A stretch of DNA of 64,000 bases, from the NCBI GenBank assembly GCA_004022145.1, contig RCNU01000011.1; one strand, written 5' to 3'. Both the position numbers and the translations under genes were made by a program. Positions 62,362 through 64,000 of the stretch are shown here, one piece after another. This stretch comes from Paecilomyces variotii. Its lineage: Eukaryota. The notes below the pieces were generated by a model, which was given only the letters and a program-made list of their open reading frames with translations, made no database searches and had not been told where the DNA came from. Position 1 is the stretch's first letter. Every line of letters begins with the position of its first letter.

Positions 62362-64000
62362 ATGGAGTCTGCGCACAACCTGGGTGCCAACTACTGGGGC
62401 GACCTCATCAATCCGGATAAGAGCCCTGCGCCTCTGCTTGAGCAACTATGTCTAGGAATTGCACAGATCATGGTAAGCATTGGCGCTTTCTGCCACAGTA
62501 CATAGATCTGGTGAGGTGGGCAACAAGTTAACGATTTCGTGTATAGCCCTCTCTCGAACCGTCGTCTGGGAACCAGGATCTGACACCAGAGAAACTGGCT
62601 GCTTTCTATCGGGAAGTGGGAGGTAACTGGGATATGCTCTTCCTCGAAACCAGTGGCCCGGCATTATCATTCATCTATCAGTCCTTAGGCTGTTTTCATT
62701 CCCTCCGTCCAACTCGAAATCCCTTCGAGGCGCCATCTATCCCCGCTCTATTGCCCCATGGCTTCGTGCGATGGCAGACCATTCAGATCCTGCTGAGCCC
62801 TGACGAGCACTCTCGTTATCTACAGAATGCGGTGATGCAATGGGATATTCCGCACCCCAACGGGGGGTTCTTCCCCAAAATGATACCCCGGGAAGCCTTT
62901 CCTGCCCATCCAGACCCTGATATGGTCGCATGGCACGAGTCGGTCGGCAGACGACTAGAGGACGATTACCAGAAGAGCAAGTCATCACGTCAGCCTTCAC
63001 CGGAAGCCTCAGCGCGCAATTTCTATCCCAGCTGCAAAGATGCAAAGGCTGCTGAAGAGGACTACTTCTCCTATAGCCATGGTCGATTTCCTCCTTGCCG
63101 TGGACGATCCAAGACGGAGTCCTACGGAAACTCGTCCGGTCATACACCTATCCCGAGACGGAGAAGTGAAGAGACTCTCAGCCCCGGGAGTACCCTGTTC
63201 GATTCAGAGATAGATAGCCCGATAGTAGGGAAATCAAATACCAGAGGACCACCTCTTCGGCTTCCAACACCGCCCCCACGCGTTGCGCGCTCGATGCTGG
63301 CGAAAGCGAAGGAGCAGGCAGCCGTGCCCGGTCGTCCGTACGGTTCGAGGCTACAGTCAGAATCATCCGCCTCCGAGGCATCATCTGAAGACTCCATCAT
63401 GGAGGCCCGGCGCGGCTCCGCGGATGACCGTCGATATGGTCGGCGACATGATCTCTCTCCGCCGCGCTCCTCACATACGCGGTCTCGCTCTCACGATGCT
63501 GCTGTTCCAGATAAGCACCGGCGAGATCCATCCCCACATTACTCTGGCCGTGCCAAGGATCGCTTTACGTATTATCCTAATCCGCAGAAAGAACCCGATG
63601 TCTACAAACCGCCGCGACACGGGGTAAAATCGCACAGTGACGGACAGGTACTCCCGCGAGCGACCAAAGCTCCTGAGCCCAAGTTTCGCAAATACGTCTT
63701 CGAAGAACCGAGGAATGGCTACCGCATCACCACCATTGAGCCCCCTGGGCGTCCTCGTCCAATGCCGCGATATGTTGATATGAGCGATTACTACACTCCG
63801 CGCTACCCCGTTGAGCCCTCTCCCGCAGAGGAGAAACGAAGGGGAAGCTACAGCGGTAGCAGCTCGAAAGATCGGAGTAGTAGCAGTAGCGGCAACGAAC
63901 GCACCAAATCATACAGCAAAAATGGCTCATCTTCCCGGAAATGGGCAGGTTCATCTCGCAATATACCCGAAAAACGGTTTATCCCAGTAAGTGTAGCGGA
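62362..64000 (+). CDS. Fungal hypothetical protein (DUF7514-like N-terminal domain, Arg/Ser/Pro-rich tail), truncated by the window end
   Basis: MESAHNLGANYWGDLINPDKSPAPLLEQLCLGIAQIM / intron ~62472-62547 / LTPEKLAAFYREVGGNWD.LFL...SFIYQSLGCFHSL.P...F..PSIPAL.P.GFVRWQTIQILL.PDEH. Confidence 0.8.

Noticed and set aside
1-64000. CRISPR array, rRNA genes or a secondary-metabolite cluster
   Set aside because: Eukaryotic gene structure; no repeat-spacer array, rDNA or PKS/NRPS/terpene backbone gene seen.

Overview
Intron-rich fungal genomic DNA; gene set and intron signals suggest a Eurotiomycete (Aspergillus/Paecilomyces-like), which is inference. About 19 apparently intact genes are present: RanBP9/10-type SPRY protein, mitochondrial PP2C, coiled-coil protein, AIF-like Rieske oxidoreductase, cation/H+ antiporter, coilin-like protein, arrestin, Tgl2-like lipase, V-ATPase G, Pet117, FHA-kinase, IDO, F-box/TPR Pof3-like, TinA/Msd1-like, Zn-ADH, orphan PD-(D/E)xK protein, F-box-like hypothetical, tannase and a hypothetical truncated by the window end. 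The main result is the ORF-less, very AT-rich block at 28995-37272. It is a complete 8278-bp DNA transposon destroyed by RIP, with perfect 24-bp TIRs and an 8-bp flanking direct repeat. Manual reversal of C>T/G>A changes reveals an Academ/DUF6589-type transposase (+) converging on a RecQ-like SF2 helicase (-), i.e. an AcademH-type element, inserted in the ~308-bp divergent vma10/pet117 promoter. Other signals are a tRNA-derived SINE-like element, a 102-bp foldback, twin GAGGCCGG palindromes upstream of the IDO gene, a 2-nt microexon within the lipase catalytic elbow and three pseudogenes. All family assignments are by eye from motifs; no searches were run.
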